Positions 45,790-62,804 of a stretch of 64,000 nucleotides of DNA are shown here, piece after piece. The position numbers and the translations under genes were made by a program. The stretch lies in assembly GCA_023512415.1 (NCBI GenBank), contig JAILZQ010000001.1:20008-84007 (forward strand), in the 5' to 3' direction. Below the pieces are notes generated by a model. That model was not told the origin of the DNA. It worked only from the letters and a program-made list of their open reading frames with translations, and did not search any database. Position 1 is the first letter of the stretch. Every line of letters begins with the position of its first letter. Origin of the DNA: Geminicoccaceae bacterium (lineage in GTDB: Bacteria; Pseudomonadota; Alphaproteobacteria; Geminicoccales; Geminicoccaceae).

Positions 45790-47130
45790 TCACCTCCCGC
45801 CGCTCGCGACCGGGAGAGGCCCGCTCGGGCGGCTCGCGATCTCCTCGCGCGCCGCGGCGATCGTCGCGGCGAGCCGGGCGGCGAGGAGGAACAACAGGGC
45901 TTCGAGGGCGAAGACGAGCGCGTAAGCCGGAACGGCCGAGCCGATCGCGAGCCGACCGAGATCGGCCACGACCGTACCGAGGAAGCCGCCGAGCGCGAAG
46001 GCGATCGCTTGGGCGGCACCCCAGAGGCCCATCCGGACCCCCTCCCCGCCACTCCGACCCTCGCCGGCGAGCGCCATCATCGAGCCGATCGCGGCGATCG
46101 CGAACGCCCCGTTGGCGACGCCGAGGGCGAAGACGGCGCCGTGCAGCGGGAACGGTGGCCCGGCCCAACCGGCCACCACGAGGCTCGCGAGGGCTGCGGC
46201 CGAGGCGAGGCAGCCACCGATCGTCCAGAGCCGGAGGGTGGCGGGCCGGCCACCGCCGAGCGTGCCGCCGATCGCCACCAGGATCATGCCGGCGAGCACG
46301 CCCGCGTGCTGGATTCCGGAGAGTCGGGTGGTCGCGCCCGGCGAGAGGCCGAAGCGGAGGCCGGCGAAGGGTTCGAGGACGAGGTCCTGGGCGCTGTAGG
46401 CGAGCATCGAGAGGAAGACGAAAATCGTGAAGCGGCGGGCCTCGTGATCCGCCCAGACCTCGGCCAGGGCCGAACGGAAGCGCGGTTGCGCGGCCCGCTC
46501 GACGGCCGGGCGGGGGCGGCCCGGGCCCTCGACGCCGAGCACCGCCACGGCACTCAGGAGAAAGGCGAAAAGGCAGACCCCGCTCGTGATCGCGACGAGA
46601 CGGGCGAGCGAGAAAGGCTCGAGGAGTCGGCCGACGATCCCGGCGGTGAGCGCGAAGCCCAGGATCATCATCATCCACACGATCGTCGCGGCGGCGGCGC
46701 GGCGGCGATCCTCGACCCGGGCGGCGAGCAGCGCCAGGAGGGCGGTACCGGCGCTGCCGACCCCGCCGCCGATCAGGAGGAAGGCGAGGACGGCGAGGAG
46801 GAGGCCGGCGAGCGCGTGCTCGGCAAGGAGCGCGGTGGCCAGGGCGGCGAGCACCCCACCGCTCGCGAGCACGGCCATCCCGCCGACGATCCAGGGGGTG
46901 CGCCGGCCGCTCACGTCGGAACCGTGGCCGAAGCCGGGTCGGGCGAGCTGGACCGCGTAATGGAGCGCGACGAGCGCACCGGGCAAGGTCGCGGGCAGGA
47001 GGAGCTCGACGACCATGACCCGGTTCAAGGTCGAGGTGGTCAAGACGACGATCCCGCCGAGTGCGGTCTGGACCAGGCCGAGCCGGAAGATGCCGAGCCA
47101 GCCGAGCGGGGTCGCCCGCGCCGGGCTCAC
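45790..47130 (-). CDS. PucC/BCD-family MFS protein of the bchG-bchP operon (Bch2/orf428-like)
   Basis: 446 aa from GTG 47130 (GTGA overlap with the bchG stop). LGIFRLGLVQTALGGIVVLTTSTLNRVMVVEL is the family N-terminal signature. Confidence 0.8.
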   Translation of the reverse strand: MSPARATPLGWLGIFRLGLVQTALGGIVVLTTSTLNRVMVVELLLPATLPGALVALHYAVQLARPGFGHGSDVSGRRTPWIVGGMAVLASGGVLAALATALLAEHALAGLLLAVLAFLLIGGGVGSAGTALLALLAARVEDRRRAAAATIVWMMMILGFALTAGIVGRLLEPFSLARLVAITSGVCLFAFLLSAVAVLGVEGPGRPRPAVERAAQPRFRSALAEVWADHEARRFTIFVFLSMLAYSAQDLVLEPFAGLRFGLSPGATTRLSGIQHAGVLAGMILVAIGGTLGGGRPATLRLWTIGGCLASAAALASLVVAGWAGPPFPLHGAVFALGVANGAFAIAAIGSMMALAGEGRSGGEGVRMGLWGAAQAIAFALGGFLGTVVADLGRLAIGSAVPAYALVFALEALLFLLAARLAATIAAAREEIASRPSGPLPVASGGR

Positions 47131-48011
47131 GAGAGGGCTCCGAGCGTGGGCCGGACGGCGAGGGCCGCGGTCATCATGCCGAGCACGTAGAGGCTCGTGC
47201 CGGTCGCGTTGTACCAGGGGGCGAGCTCGCGCGGGCGGCGCAGCAGCCGGGTCATGAGCGCGAGCTGGGCCGTGAGGAGGAGCGCGATCAAGGCGGCGTG
47301 CCAGGGCCGGCCCCAGGCGACGAGGAGGGCCACGACGAGGAGCTGGGGGACGGCCATGACCAGGCAGGCGAGCCGGGCGGCCCGCTCCACCCCGAGGCGA
47401 GCCGGCAACGAGCCGATCCCCATCGCCCGGTCGCCTTCGACCGACTTGAAGTCGTTCAAGGTCATGATGCCGTGGGCACCCGAGCTGTAGAGGAGCGCCA
47501 AGGTCACGATCTCGGGCCCGGGTGGGGCGGCGAGCATGAGCGCGGCCCCGGCGAGCCAGGGCAGGCCTTCGTAGGACAGGGCGGCGGCACCGTTGCCCCA
47601 CCAGCCGTTCCGCTTGAGGCGGAAAGGCGGGGCGCTGTAGGCCCAGGCGAGCGCCAGGCCGAGGAGCGCCGGGGCCAGCACCCAAGGGCCGAGTGCCGTG
47701 GCGAGGAGGAAGGAGAGAAGGGTCCAGAGCCAGGCGATGTAGAGACCCCAGCGGCCGGGGATCCGGCCCGAGGGGATCGGGCGATGCGGCTCGTTGATCG
47801 CGTCGACCTCGCGATCGTACCAATCGTTGGCGGCTTGGCTCGTGGCGCAGAGCAGGGGACCGGCGAGCAGGAGACCGGCCAGCAGGAGCGGCCAGCGTTC
47901 GCCCAAGGGCACGCCTGCGGAGACGACACCGCAGGCGAACGCCCACATCGGCGCGAACCAGGTGACCGGCTTCAACAGCTCGAGCACGGCGGCGGGCCGA
48001 GGGGCGATCAT
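47127..48011 (-). CDS. bchG: Bacteriochlorophyll synthase (UbiA prenyltransferase family)
   Basis: 294 aa. LELLKPVTWFAPMWAF...SQAANDWYDREVDAINEPHRPIPSGRI... Confidence 0.9.
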   Translation of the reverse strand: MIAPRPAAVLELLKPVTWFAPMWAFACGVVSAGVPLGERWPLLLAGLLLAGPLLCATSQAANDWYDREVDAINEPHRPIPSGRIPGRWGLYIAWLWTLLSFLLATALGPWVLAPALLGLALAWAYSAPPFRLKRNGWWGNGAAALSYEGLPWLAGAALMLAAPPGPEIVTLALLYSSGAHGIMTLNDFKSVEGDRAMGIGSLPARLGVERAARLACLVMAVPQLLVVALLVAWGRPWHAALIALLLTAQLALMTRLLRRPRELAPWYNATGTSLYVLGMMTAALAVRPTLGALS

Positions 48012-48040
48012 GCGGCGATCTAAGGGTGGCCGCCGCGGAC

Positions 48041-48058
48041 TGTCAATTCCGCTTTACA
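48041..48058. promoter_or_regulatory. PpsR/CrtJ operator palindrome TGT-N12-ACA upstream of bchG
   Basis: TGTCAATTCCGCTTTACA starts 30 nt upstream of the bchG start codon, in the 56-nt ppsR-bchG spacer. Confidence 0.6.
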
Positions 48059-48067
48059 GAAGGTCCG

Positions 48068-49507
48068 TCAATCGGCACGGCGAGCCGGTCCGTCGGCTTC
48101 CTCCGCGCCGAGCTCGCCCAAGCCGTAGCGGCGCAGCTTGACGTACAGGCTCTGGCGCGAGAGGCCGAGGAGCTCGGCCGCCGAGGCCCGGTTGTCGCCG
48201 GTCATCTCGAGCGCGGTCTCGATGCACAGCCGCTCGATCACGTCGGTGGTCTCGCGCACGATCTCCTTGAGCGGGACCTTGCCCACGAGCTCGGCGAGCT
48301 GGGCGGCGGAGCGCGGCAGGCCCCGCTCGTCGCGCCGGGGCCGGACGAGCCGGCGGCCGACGTCGCGCAGCGCGAAGCCGAAGCAGGGCTGCTCGCCGGT
48401 CGGCACCGCCACCCCGGTGATCTCGACCTCGCTCACCGTGCCGTGCTCGCCGCGCAGCGTGGTGGTGAACAGCCGGACGAGCCCGTGCCGGCGCAGATTG
48501 GCGGCGAGCACGGGGAGGTCGATGCCGGGTCGGCCGAGCCAACGGTCGAGCGATTCGCCGAGGGCTTGCGGCTCGGCGGTGAGCTCGGCGAGCTGGAGGA
48601 AGGCGGTGTTGACGGCGAAGATCCGGCCGTCCGGCCCGGTCACGACGAAGCCGTCGGGGATGCTCTCGACCACCGCGAGGAGCCGAGCCTTGGGCTCCGG
48701 CAAGGCGATCGGTTGGACGCCGCTGCCGATCGGCACGAGATGGACGAGGAGGAGCGGGTTCGTGCCTTGCGGGAAGAGCGAGGCCGAGACCAGGACCTCC
48801 TCCGCCCCGTCGGAGAGCCGGGCGCGGACCGTGTTGGCCCGTCCGGTGGCGCGGATCCCGGCGAGCAGGGCTTGGACGGTGAGCGCGCTGTCGACCGCGA
48901 ACGCCTCGAGGAAGCCGCGACCGACCGGCTCGCCGAGCCGTGCCGCGAGCATCCGGCCGGCGGCCGGGTTGGCCTCGAGGATCTTCTGGCTCGTCGCCTC
49001 GACGATCAGGATCGCTTCGGAAGAGGTCTGGAAGAGGAGCCGGTAGCGGGTCTCGATGTGCCGCAGTCGAGCATAGTCGCGTTCCATCGCCTGCTGGGCG
49101 TCCACCAATCGGCGTTGGAGGGTGGCCACCGCGCGCAGGTCGCGACCGAAGGCCAGCAGCCGCGGCTTTCCTTCGAGACGGACGACCCGGTAGAGGATCG
49201 GCAGATCCGGCTCGCCCTCGAGCGGGTGGTTGATCTGGCGCCAACGGGGCCGTGTGGCTCCGGAGGGGTCGCGCAGGAGCGCCTCGACCTTGGGGCGGCT
49301 CTCGAGCGTGACGGTCTCGAGCCACGGTCGGCCGATCCACCGTGCACAGCCGAGGGCGGCGAGATCCTCCTCGCTGCAGGCGAGATCACGGATCACGCCG
49401 TCGCGGTCGAGGCTCAAGACCAGATCGGCGGCCGCACCGACGAGCGAAGCCGCCGTCTCGCCGTCGAGATCGCCGAGCACGTCCTTCGGTGAGCGGAAAG
49501 CGATCAC
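48068..49507 (-). CDS. ppsR: PpsR/CrtJ-family photosynthesis gene repressor (paralogue next to aerR, PpsR1-like)
   Basis: 479 aa. QQAMERDYARLRHIETRYRLLFQTSSEAILIV..., redox-Cys region GEQPCFGFALRD, and HTH GDNRASAAELLGLSRQSLYVKLRRYGL. Confidence 0.9.
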   Translation of the reverse strand: MIAFRSPKDVLGDLDGETAASLVGAAADLVLSLDRDGVIRDLACSEEDLAALGCARWIGRPWLETVTLESRPKVEALLRDPSGATRPRWRQINHPLEGEPDLPILYRVVRLEGKPRLLAFGRDLRAVATLQRRLVDAQQAMERDYARLRHIETRYRLLFQTSSEAILIVEATSQKILEANPAAGRMLAARLGEPVGRGFLEAFAVDSALTVQALLAGIRATGRANTVRARLSDGAEEVLVSASLFPQGTNPLLLVHLVPIGSGVQPIALPEPKARLLAVVESIPDGFVVTGPDGRIFAVNTAFLQLAELTAEPQALGESLDRWLGRPGIDLPVLAANLRRHGLVRLFTTTLRGEHGTVSEVEITGVAVPTGEQPCFGFALRDVGRRLVRPRRDERGLPRSAAQLAELVGKVPLKEIVRETTDVIERLCIETALEMTGDNRASAAELLGLSRQSLYVKLRRYGLGELGAEEADGPARRAD

Positions 49508-49572
49508 CGGGATCTCGAAGCCTCGCTGGCGGATCGACAGGACCGTGCTCTCAAGGGCTCATCGACCACGCC

Positions 49573-50460
49573 TCAAGCCTGTTGGACCAAGAGATCGAGC
49601 AGGGCTCTCGCCTGGAGCGGCGCCCGACGGGCGTCGCCGGCCCAGGCGTCGGCCCCGACCAGAGCTGCCCGCTCGGGCTGCTCGTCGAACACCACGCCGC
49701 CCACGAGCACGCCGAGCGCGCGGTTGCGCGAGACGCGGCGGATCGTGTGGATGGTGGTCGCCACCGTGTCGAGCTTGCCGAGCGAACTCGCCGAGATGCC
49801 GACGATCGCGAACCATTCGCGATGGACCAGGGTGGTGATCTCCTCGGCCGAGAGCGCGGGCCCGCCGCTCACCAGCCAGCCGGCGCGCCGGAAGAACTCG
49901 GCGGCCATGGTGAGACCGAAGGCGTGCTGCTCGCCCGGGGCCGGGACGAGCAGGATGCGATGCTCGGGCGAAGGCGGCAGGGCGTCCGCTTGAAAGAGCA
50001 CGCTCAGGCCGTGCAACAGCTGGTGCAGCCGCCAAAGGCCGATCGTGACCTCGGAAAAGGTCCGCCGGTCTTCCTCCCAGAGCACACCGAGCCGCCGCGC
50101 GGCCGGCGCCAAGAGCTCGAGATAGAGGCTTTCGACCGCCACACCGCGCGCCCGGATCCGCTCGACGAAGGCCTCGATCACCGGCAGATCTCGCTCGACC
50201 ACGAGCTCGGCGAGGGCTTCGACCTCCTGCCCGGTCGGAGCGCGGCCGGCCTGGCTCGGCGTGGTGTGGCGGGCGGCTTCGGCACGACGGGCCAGGACCA
50301 AGCGCGGGACGATCTCGCGCTCGACGAGGCGGGCGAGCCGGCCCGATCGATCGTCGCCCTCGAGCGCGCCGACCGACGGCCCGTCGGCCTCGGATCGGAG
50401 GGTGGGCACGGGGAACCGCCGGACCTCGTCGTCCAGGGCTCGTTGCGGCAAGTCGGCCAT
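49573..50460 (-). CDS. aerR: Cobalamin-binding-domain antirepressor AerR/PpaA
   Basis: 295 aa. B12-binding motif GEQHAFGL ((D/E)xHxxG) followed by a Rossmann-like IVGISAS...VLVGG. Canonical position upstream of ppsR and divergent from bchF. Confidence 0.8.
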   Translation of the reverse strand: MADLPQRALDDEVRRFPVPTLRSEADGPSVGALEGDDRSGRLARLVEREIVPRLVLARRAEAARHTTPSQAGRAPTGQEVEALAELVVERDLPVIEAFVERIRARGVAVESLYLELLAPAARRLGVLWEEDRRTFSEVTIGLWRLHQLLHGLSVLFQADALPPSPEHRILLVPAPGEQHAFGLTMAAEFFRRAGWLVSGGPALSAEEITTLVHREWFAIVGISASSLGKLDTVATTIHTIRRVSRNRALGVLVGGVVFDEQPERAALVGADAWAGDARRAPLQARALLDLLVQQA

Positions 50461-50632
50461 GGCTCGGCCCCCCCGATCGACAGTGTCGGCTTACACCCGA
50501 TGCGGTGGCGATCTCAATTCGCTTTCTCCCGGTCCGGCGATTTACCCGTAATGCGCGAACGGCCGACGAATCGATCGCCTTTCCGGAGAGGCTCGTTCCG
50601 TCCGATCCTGGTCTGCGCGCGCCCGGGGCAAA

Positions 50633-52512
<1,880 letters not shown>

Positions 52513-52515
52513 GCC

Positions 52516-54049
52516 ATGGAGCTCACGCTTTGGACCTACGAAGGACCGCCGCACGTGGGCGCGATGCGCGTCGCGACCGCGTTGCGCGACGTCCACTACG
52601 TCCTCCACGCCCCGCAGGGCGACACTTATGCCGATCTCCTCTTCACGATGATCGAGCGGCGGCCGGCTCGGCCGCCCGTCACCTACACGACCTTCCAGGC
52701 GCGCGATCTCGGCCGCGACACGGCCGAGCTCTTCCAGAACGCCTGCCGCGCCGCCTTCGAGCGCTTCCGCCCCGCCGCACTCCTCGTCGGTGCCTCGTGC
52801 ACCGCCGAGTTGATCCAGGACGATCCGGGGGGACTCGCCACGGCCCTCGATCTGCCGGTGCCGGTGATCCCGCTCGAGCTGCCGGCCTACCAGAAGAAGG
52901 AGAACTGGGGGGCGGCCGAGACCTTCTACCAGCTCGTGCGCGCGCTCGCCGGCCCGCACGCACCGCCGCCCGGCACGAAGCGCCCGCCACGGCCCCAGGG
53001 CCGGAAGCCGCGGGCCAACCTCTTGGGCCCGACCGCCCTCGGCTTCCGCCACCGTGACGACCCGCAGGAGGTCGAAAAGCTCTTGGACCTGTTGGGCGTC
53101 GAGGTCGCGGTGGTGGCCCCGCTCGGCGCCTCGGTGGCCGACCTCGCCCGGCTCGGCGAGGCCGATCTCAACGTCGTCCTCTATCCCGAGATCGGGCTCC
53201 CGGCCGCCCGCTATCTCGAGCGCACCTTCGGCCAACCCTGGACGAAGACGGTGCCGATCGGGCTCGGCGCCTCGCGCGACTTCCTGCGCGAGGTCGCGGA
53301 CCTTTTGGGCCTCGATCCCGAGCCGGCGATCGCCCGCGTGGCGCCGCGTGCCCGCTGGTGGTCGCTCTCGGTCGACAGCACCTACCTCACGGGCAAGCGG
53401 GTCTTCGTCTTCGGCGATGCCACCCACGCGATCGCCGCCGCCCGGGTGGCGCGCGAGGAGCTCGGCTTCGAGGTCGTGGGTCTCGGCACCTACAGCCGGG
53501 AGTTCGCCCGCGAGGTCCGCGAGGCCGCCCGGGCGATCGGCCTCGAGGCGCTCGTCACCGACGATTACCTCGAGGTCGAAGCCGCGATCGCCGAGCTCGC
53601 CCCCGAGCTCGTGCTCGGGACCCAGATGGAGCGGCACGTGGCGAAGCGGCTCGGGATCGCCTGCGCGGTGATCTCGGCCCCGGTCCACGTCCAGGACTTC
53701 CCGGCCCGCTACGCCCCGCAGATGGGCGCGGAAGGCGCCAACGTCCTGTTCGACACCTGGGTCCATCCGCTCATGATGGGCCTCGAGGAGCACCTCTTGC
53801 AGATGTTCCGCGAGGACTTCGAGTTCCACGACGGAGCACCACCCTCGCACCTCGCCGCGACCGGCCCCGCCCGCCCCCGCCCGCCGGCCGAGCCCGTGCC
53901 GGCAGCGGCGGAAGGGTCGGTCCGCTGGACCCCCGAGGCCGAGAAGGAGCTCGCCAAGATCCCGTTCTTCGTCCGCGGCAAGGCGCGCCGCAACACCGAG
54001 CGGTTCGCCCGGGAGCGACGCTTGCCCGTGATCACCCTCGAGACGCTCT

Positions 54050-54078
<29 letters not shown>
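52516..54078 (+). CDS. bchB: Light-independent protochlorophyllide reductase subunit B
   Basis: 520 aa. [48 protein letters not shown]. Confidence 0.95.
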
Positions 54079-58712
<4,634 letters not shown>

Positions 58713-58713
<1 letters not shown>

Positions 58714-59438
58714 TGAACGGCGCGGCCTCCCCCGCCTTCGCGAGCCGCAGCTACCTCGCCCGCCGCGGCGAGATCTTCGACTATTTCGACCGGACCGCGG
58801 CCGAGGCCTGGGCTGCGCTCACCTCCGAAGCCCCCCTCGGCCGGATCCGCGCCACGGTGCGCGAGGGCCGTGCGCGGATGCGGGCCGTTCTGCTCGACTG
58901 GCTCGGCCCGGATCTGCGCGGGCTCACGATCCTCGATGCGGGGTGCGGCACCGGCCTCTTGGCGGTCGAGCTCGCCGCGCGCGGGGCCGAGGTGACGGCC
59001 GTCGATCTTTCCCCCCGCCTCGTGGCCCTCGCCCGCGAGCGGGTGAGCGGCTTGGCCCTTGCGGGGCGGATCGAGTTCCGGGCGGGCGACATGCTCGACC
59101 CGGCCCTCGGCCGGTTCGATCGGGTGGTCGCCATGGATTCGCTCATCCACTACGCCACGGCCGACATGGTCCGAGCACTCGCCGGCCTCGCCGCGCGGAG
59201 CGAGGGGGCGGTCCTCTTCACCTTCCCGCCGCGCAACCCGCTGCTCGCGTTGTTCCACGGGATCGGCCGGCTGTTCCCGAGGCGCGAGCGGGCGCCTTCG
59301 ATCGTGCCGGTTTCCGAACGGGCGCTGCGTCGGGCGCTCGCCGCCGAGCCGGGGCTCGCGCATCGGCGGCCCGGCCGGACCGTGCGGGTCGCCCACGGCT
59401 TCTACACCGCGCAAGCCTTGGAGCTCGTCCCGGCATGA
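58713..59438 (+). CDS. bchM: Mg-protoporphyrin IX O-methyltransferase
   Basis: 241 aa. SAM motif ILDAGCGTGLLAVELAARGAEVTAVDLSP. The start codon abuts the bchL stop. Confidence 0.9.
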
Positions 59439-60853
59439 GCGCGCTCGACGCCCGTCTGGTCGAGCTCTGGCGCCGGCTCGGGCCCCGGCTCCTCCCCTTC
59501 GCCGATGCCGCGACCCCCGAACTGCCCCTGCCGCGCCTCCTGCGCCTCTCGCTCTTCCAGGTCTCGGTCGGCATGGCGACCGTGCTGCTCGTCGGCACCC
59601 TCAACCGGGTGATGATCGTCGAGCTCGGCGTGCCCTCGAGCCTGGTCGCGGTGATGGTGGCGCTGCCGGTCGTGGTGGCACCGTTCCGGGCGCTCGTGGG
59701 CTTCCGCTCGGATACCCACCGCTCGCTCTTGGGCTGGCGTCGCGTGCCCTTCCTCTGGATGGGCACGATGGCCCAGTTCGGGGGCTTCGCGATCATGCCC
59801 TTCGCTCTCCTCGTGCTGACCGGCGAGGGGCATTGGCCGGCCTGGGTCGGCCAGGCGGGTGCGGCGCTCGCCTTCCTGCTCGTGGGTGCCGGGCTGCACA
59901 CGGTCCAGACCGTGGGCCTCGCACTCGCCACCGACCTGGCCCCGCGCGAGAGCCACCCCAAGGTCGTGGCCTTCCTCTGCTGCGCGCTCCTCCTCGGCAT
60001 GCTCGGCGCGGGCGCCGTGATGGGGGCCTTGCTCGCCGCGTTCAGCCCGCTCCGGCTGATCCAGGTGATCCAGGGCGCGGCGGTCGCGACCCTGCTCCTC
60101 AACATCGTGGCCTTGTGGAAGCAGGAGCCGCGCGATCCCGCCCGGACCTCCTTCGACCGGCCCGAGGAGCGCTTCGCCGAGGCCTGGGCGCGGCTCGACG
60201 GCGACGGTCGAGCGACCCGCCGCTTCGTCGTGATCGGCCTCGGGACCGCCGGCTTCGCGATGCAGGACGTCCTGCTCGAGCCCTATGGTGGCCAGATCCT
60301 GGCCCTGCCGGTCGGCGCCACGACCGCGCTCTCCGCCCTCTTCGCCGCGGGCGGGCTCGCCGGCTTCTGGACCGCCGCCGCGCTCCTCGAGCGCGGGACG
60401 GATCCCTGGCGGCTCGCCGGCTTCGGCGCGCTCCTCGGGGCCGCGGCCTTCGCCCTCGTGACCTTCGCCGCGCCCTTGGGCTCGCCGATCCTGTTCGCGA
60501 TCGCGGTCGTCCCGATCGGCTTCGGCGGCGGGGTCTTCGCCCATTGCACGCTCACCGCGGCGATGCGCGCGGCGCCGCCCGGTGAGGCGGGTCTGGCGCT
60601 CGGCGCCTGGGGTGCGGTGCAGGCGACCGCGGCCGGGCTCGCGGTCATGGGCGGCGGGATCTTGCGCGATCTCGTGGCCGGGCTCGCGAGCCGGGGTGCC
60701 CTCGGCCCGGCGCTGGTCGATCCGGTCGTGGGCTACGCGTTCGTCTACCAGCTCGAAATCGTGCTTCTGTTCGCCACACTCGTCGCGATCGGCCCCTTGG
60801 TCGGTCGTACGGTGGAAGCGCAGCGGTTCCGGGCCGCGCGCGTGCCCGGCTAG
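59435..60853 (+). CDS. lhaA: LH1 assembly factor, PucC-family MFS protein
   Basis: 472 aa. LLRLSLFQVSVGMATVLLVGTLNRVMIVELGVP. Canonical position between bchM and puhA. Confidence 0.85.
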   Translation: MSALDARLVELWRRLGPRLLPFADAATPELPLPRLLRLSLFQVSVGMATVLLVGTLNRVMIVELGVPSSLVAVMVALPVVVAPFRALVGFRSDTHRSLLGWRRVPFLWMGTMAQFGGFAIMPFALLVLTGEGHWPAWVGQAGAALAFLLVGAGLHTVQTVGLALATDLAPRESHPKVVAFLCCALLLGMLGAGAVMGALLAAFSPLRLIQVIQGAAVATLLLNIVALWKQEPRDPARTSFDRPEERFAEAWARLDGDGRATRRFVVIGLGTAGFAMQDVLLEPYGGQILALPVGATTALSALFAAGGLAGFWTAAALLERGTDPWRLAGFGALLGAAAFALVTFAAPLGSPILFAIAVVPIGFGGGVFAHCTLTAAMRAAPPGEAGLALGAWGAVQATAAGLAVMGGGILRDLVAGLASRGALGPALVDPVVGYAFVYQLEIVLLFATLVAIGPLVGRTVEAQRFRAARVPG

Positions 60854-60868
60854 CTCGAGGAGGGTCCG

Positions 60869-61639
60869 ATGGAAGTCGGCGCGATCACCGGATACATCGA
60901 CATCGCCCAAGTGACGCTCTACGCGTTCTGGATCTTCTTCGCGGGGCTGATCTTCTATCTGCACCGCGAGAACAAGCGCGAGGGTTACCCCCTCGAGTCC
61001 GAGCGCTCGGCCTACGTCACGGTCCAGGGCTTCCCGCCGATCCCCGAGCCCAAGACCTATCGCCGGCGCGACGGGCGAACCGTCCGGGCTCCGACCGGCA
61101 AGGGCGACGACCGCCCGGTGGCGGCGGTGCCGGCCTTCGGCCATCTGGGCGCACCCCTCGTGCCGACCGGCGATCCGCTGGCCGACGGTGTCGGCCCCGC
61201 GGCCTATGCCGAGCGCGAGGAGGAGCCCGAGCGCACCTGGGAGGGCGAGCCGCTGATCGCCCCCGCCCGGCTCGTTCCCGGCACGACGGTCGCGAAGCAG
61301 GACGCCGACCCGCGTGGCATGCGGGTGATCGCCGCCGACAAGGCGGTCGCCGGCACCGTCGTCGAGCTCTGGGTCGACCGCTCCGAGCCGCAGATCCGCT
61401 ATCTCGAGCTCGAGACCGCAGGAGACGGTCGGCGGGTCTTGATGCCGATCAACTTCGCCCGGATCGACCCCCGCCGGCGCGAGGTCCGCACCCGGGCCCT
61501 GACCGCGGCGCAGATCGCGCGGGTGCCCGGGATCGCGAGCGACTCGCAGATCACCAAGCGCGAGGAGGATCGGATCTGCGCCTATTGGGCGGGCGGCTTC
61601 CTCTACGCCACGCCCGACCGCCAGGAGCCCTTGCTGTGA
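60869..61639 (+). CDS. puhA: Photosynthetic reaction centre H subunit
   Basis: 256 aa. ITGYIDIAQVTLYAFWIFFAGLIFYLHRENKREGYPLES... plus a PRC-barrel C-terminus. Confidence 0.9.
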   Translation: MEVGAITGYIDIAQVTLYAFWIFFAGLIFYLHRENKREGYPLESERSAYVTVQGFPPIPEPKTYRRRDGRTVRAPTGKGDDRPVAAVPAFGHLGAPLVPTGDPLADGVGPAAYAEREEEPERTWEGEPLIAPARLVPGTTVAKQDADPRGMRVIAADKAVAGTVVELWVDRSEPQIRYLELETAGDGRRVLMPINFARIDPRRREVRTRALTAAQIARVPGIASDSQITKREEDRICAYWAGGFLYATPDRQEPLL

Positions 61640-62328
61640 GCGAGCGCGCCGCGCACCGTCGCCCGGCGGCGGTCCTCGAGCACGGGGCCGAGCCGATCCC
61701 GGGCCTGCCCGAGCCTCTGCCGCCGGGCGAGCGGATCCTCTGGCAGGGCCGACCGGTCTTCGCCTCCCTCGCACGGCGCGCGTTCCACCTCCGCGCGGTC
61801 GCCGGCTACTTCGTCTTGCTCGCGCTCTGGAAGCTCGTCACCGGACTGTACGACGGGGCGGGTTGGGCGGCGGCCGGGCTCGACGCCTTCGGTCTCGTCG
61901 TGCCGGCGGGCCTGGCGATCGCGGTGCTGGCCCTGCTCGCCCGGGCCTATGCGCGCAGCACGATCTTCACGATCACCGACCGGCGGGTCGTGATCCGCTT
62001 CGGCGTCGCCTTGCCGATGGCGGTCAACCTGCCCTTCCGGCAGATCGCGGGCGCGGCGGTGGCGCTGTTCCGCGACGGCACGGCCGATCTGCCCCTCACG
62101 CTCGCCGGTCCGGACCGGGTCGCCTGGCTGCATCTCTGGCCCTTCGTCCGGCCTTGGCGGCTCCGCCACCCCGAGCCGATGCTGCGGGCCGTTCCGAACG
62201 GGGCCGAGGTGGCGCGGATCCTGCGCCTGGCCCTCGAGCAGGCGGCCGCGGCGCGGGCCGCCGAGGTGCCGCCCGAGAGCCGTGAGGCGGCCGCCGCCCG
62301 AACCGGCCCGCTCGCGGCGGCGGCTTGA
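61636..62328 (+). CDS. puhB: Reaction-centre assembly protein PuhB
   Basis: 230 aa from GTG 61636 (GTGA overlap with puhA). ILWQGRP...HLRAVAGYFVLL..., a second TM pair, and FTITDRRVVIRFG. Position and topology fit PuhB. Confidence 0.75.
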   Translation: MSERAAHRRPAAVLEHGAEPIPGLPEPLPPGERILWQGRPVFASLARRAFHLRAVAGYFVLLALWKLVTGLYDGAGWAAAGLDAFGLVVPAGLAIAVLALLARAYARSTIFTITDRRVVIRFGVALPMAVNLPFRQIAGAAVALFRDGTADLPLTLAGPDRVAWLHLWPFVRPWRLRHPEPMLRAVPNGAEVARILRLALEQAAAARAAEVPPESREAAAARTGPLAAAA

Positions 62329-62804
62329 GGAGGGTGGCGCCGATGACCCCTCGCCCCGCCCGCGACAATTCGGTCCCGCGCCGGCCGCTGATCGCCGCCG
62401 GGCTGCTCGTCGGGTTCTCGCTTCTGGCCGCGACGACCGCCCGGCTCACCGGGATCGGTCGGGTGAGCCTGCCGGAGGCCGAGATCGTCGCGATCCGCGA
62501 GCTCCGCTTCGTCGACCGCCCCGACGGCTCGGTGGCGGTCCTCGAGCCCGCCGACGGGAGCCCGGTGGAGATCCTGCCGGCCGGCACCAACGGCTTCTTG
62601 CGCGGGGTGCTGCGCGGGCTCGCCCGCGACCGCAAGCTCGCCGGGCTCGACGACGGCCCGCCTTTCCGACTGATCCGCTGGACCGACGGTCGGCTCTCGC
62701 TCGACGATCCGACCACCGGCCGGCGGGTCGATCTCGGCGCCTTCGGCCAGGGCAACGCCCAGGCCTTCGCCCGCCTCGTCACGATCGGGAGGTCGCAACC
62801 ATGA
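62325..62804 (+). CDS. puhC: Reaction-centre assembly protein PuhC
   Basis: 159 aa. One N-terminal TM helix (PLIAAGLLVGFSLLAA), then LRFVDRPDGSVAV...GFLRGVLRGLARDR...RLIRWTDGRLSLDDPTTGR. An alternative ATG lies at 62343. Confidence 0.75.
   Translation: MRRVAPMTPRPARDNSVPRRPLIAAGLLVGFSLLAATTARLTGIGRVSLPEAEIVAIRELRFVDRPDGSVAVLEPADGSPVEILPAGTNGFLRGVLRGLARDRKLAGLDDGPPFRLIRWTDGRLSLDDPTTGRRVDLGAFGQGNAQAFARLVTIGRSQP

Noticed and set aside
50484-50495. TGTCGGCTTACA near the aerR start as a PpsR site
   Set aside because: The spacing is TGT-N6-ACA, not the N12 required for the PpsR/CrtJ palindrome.
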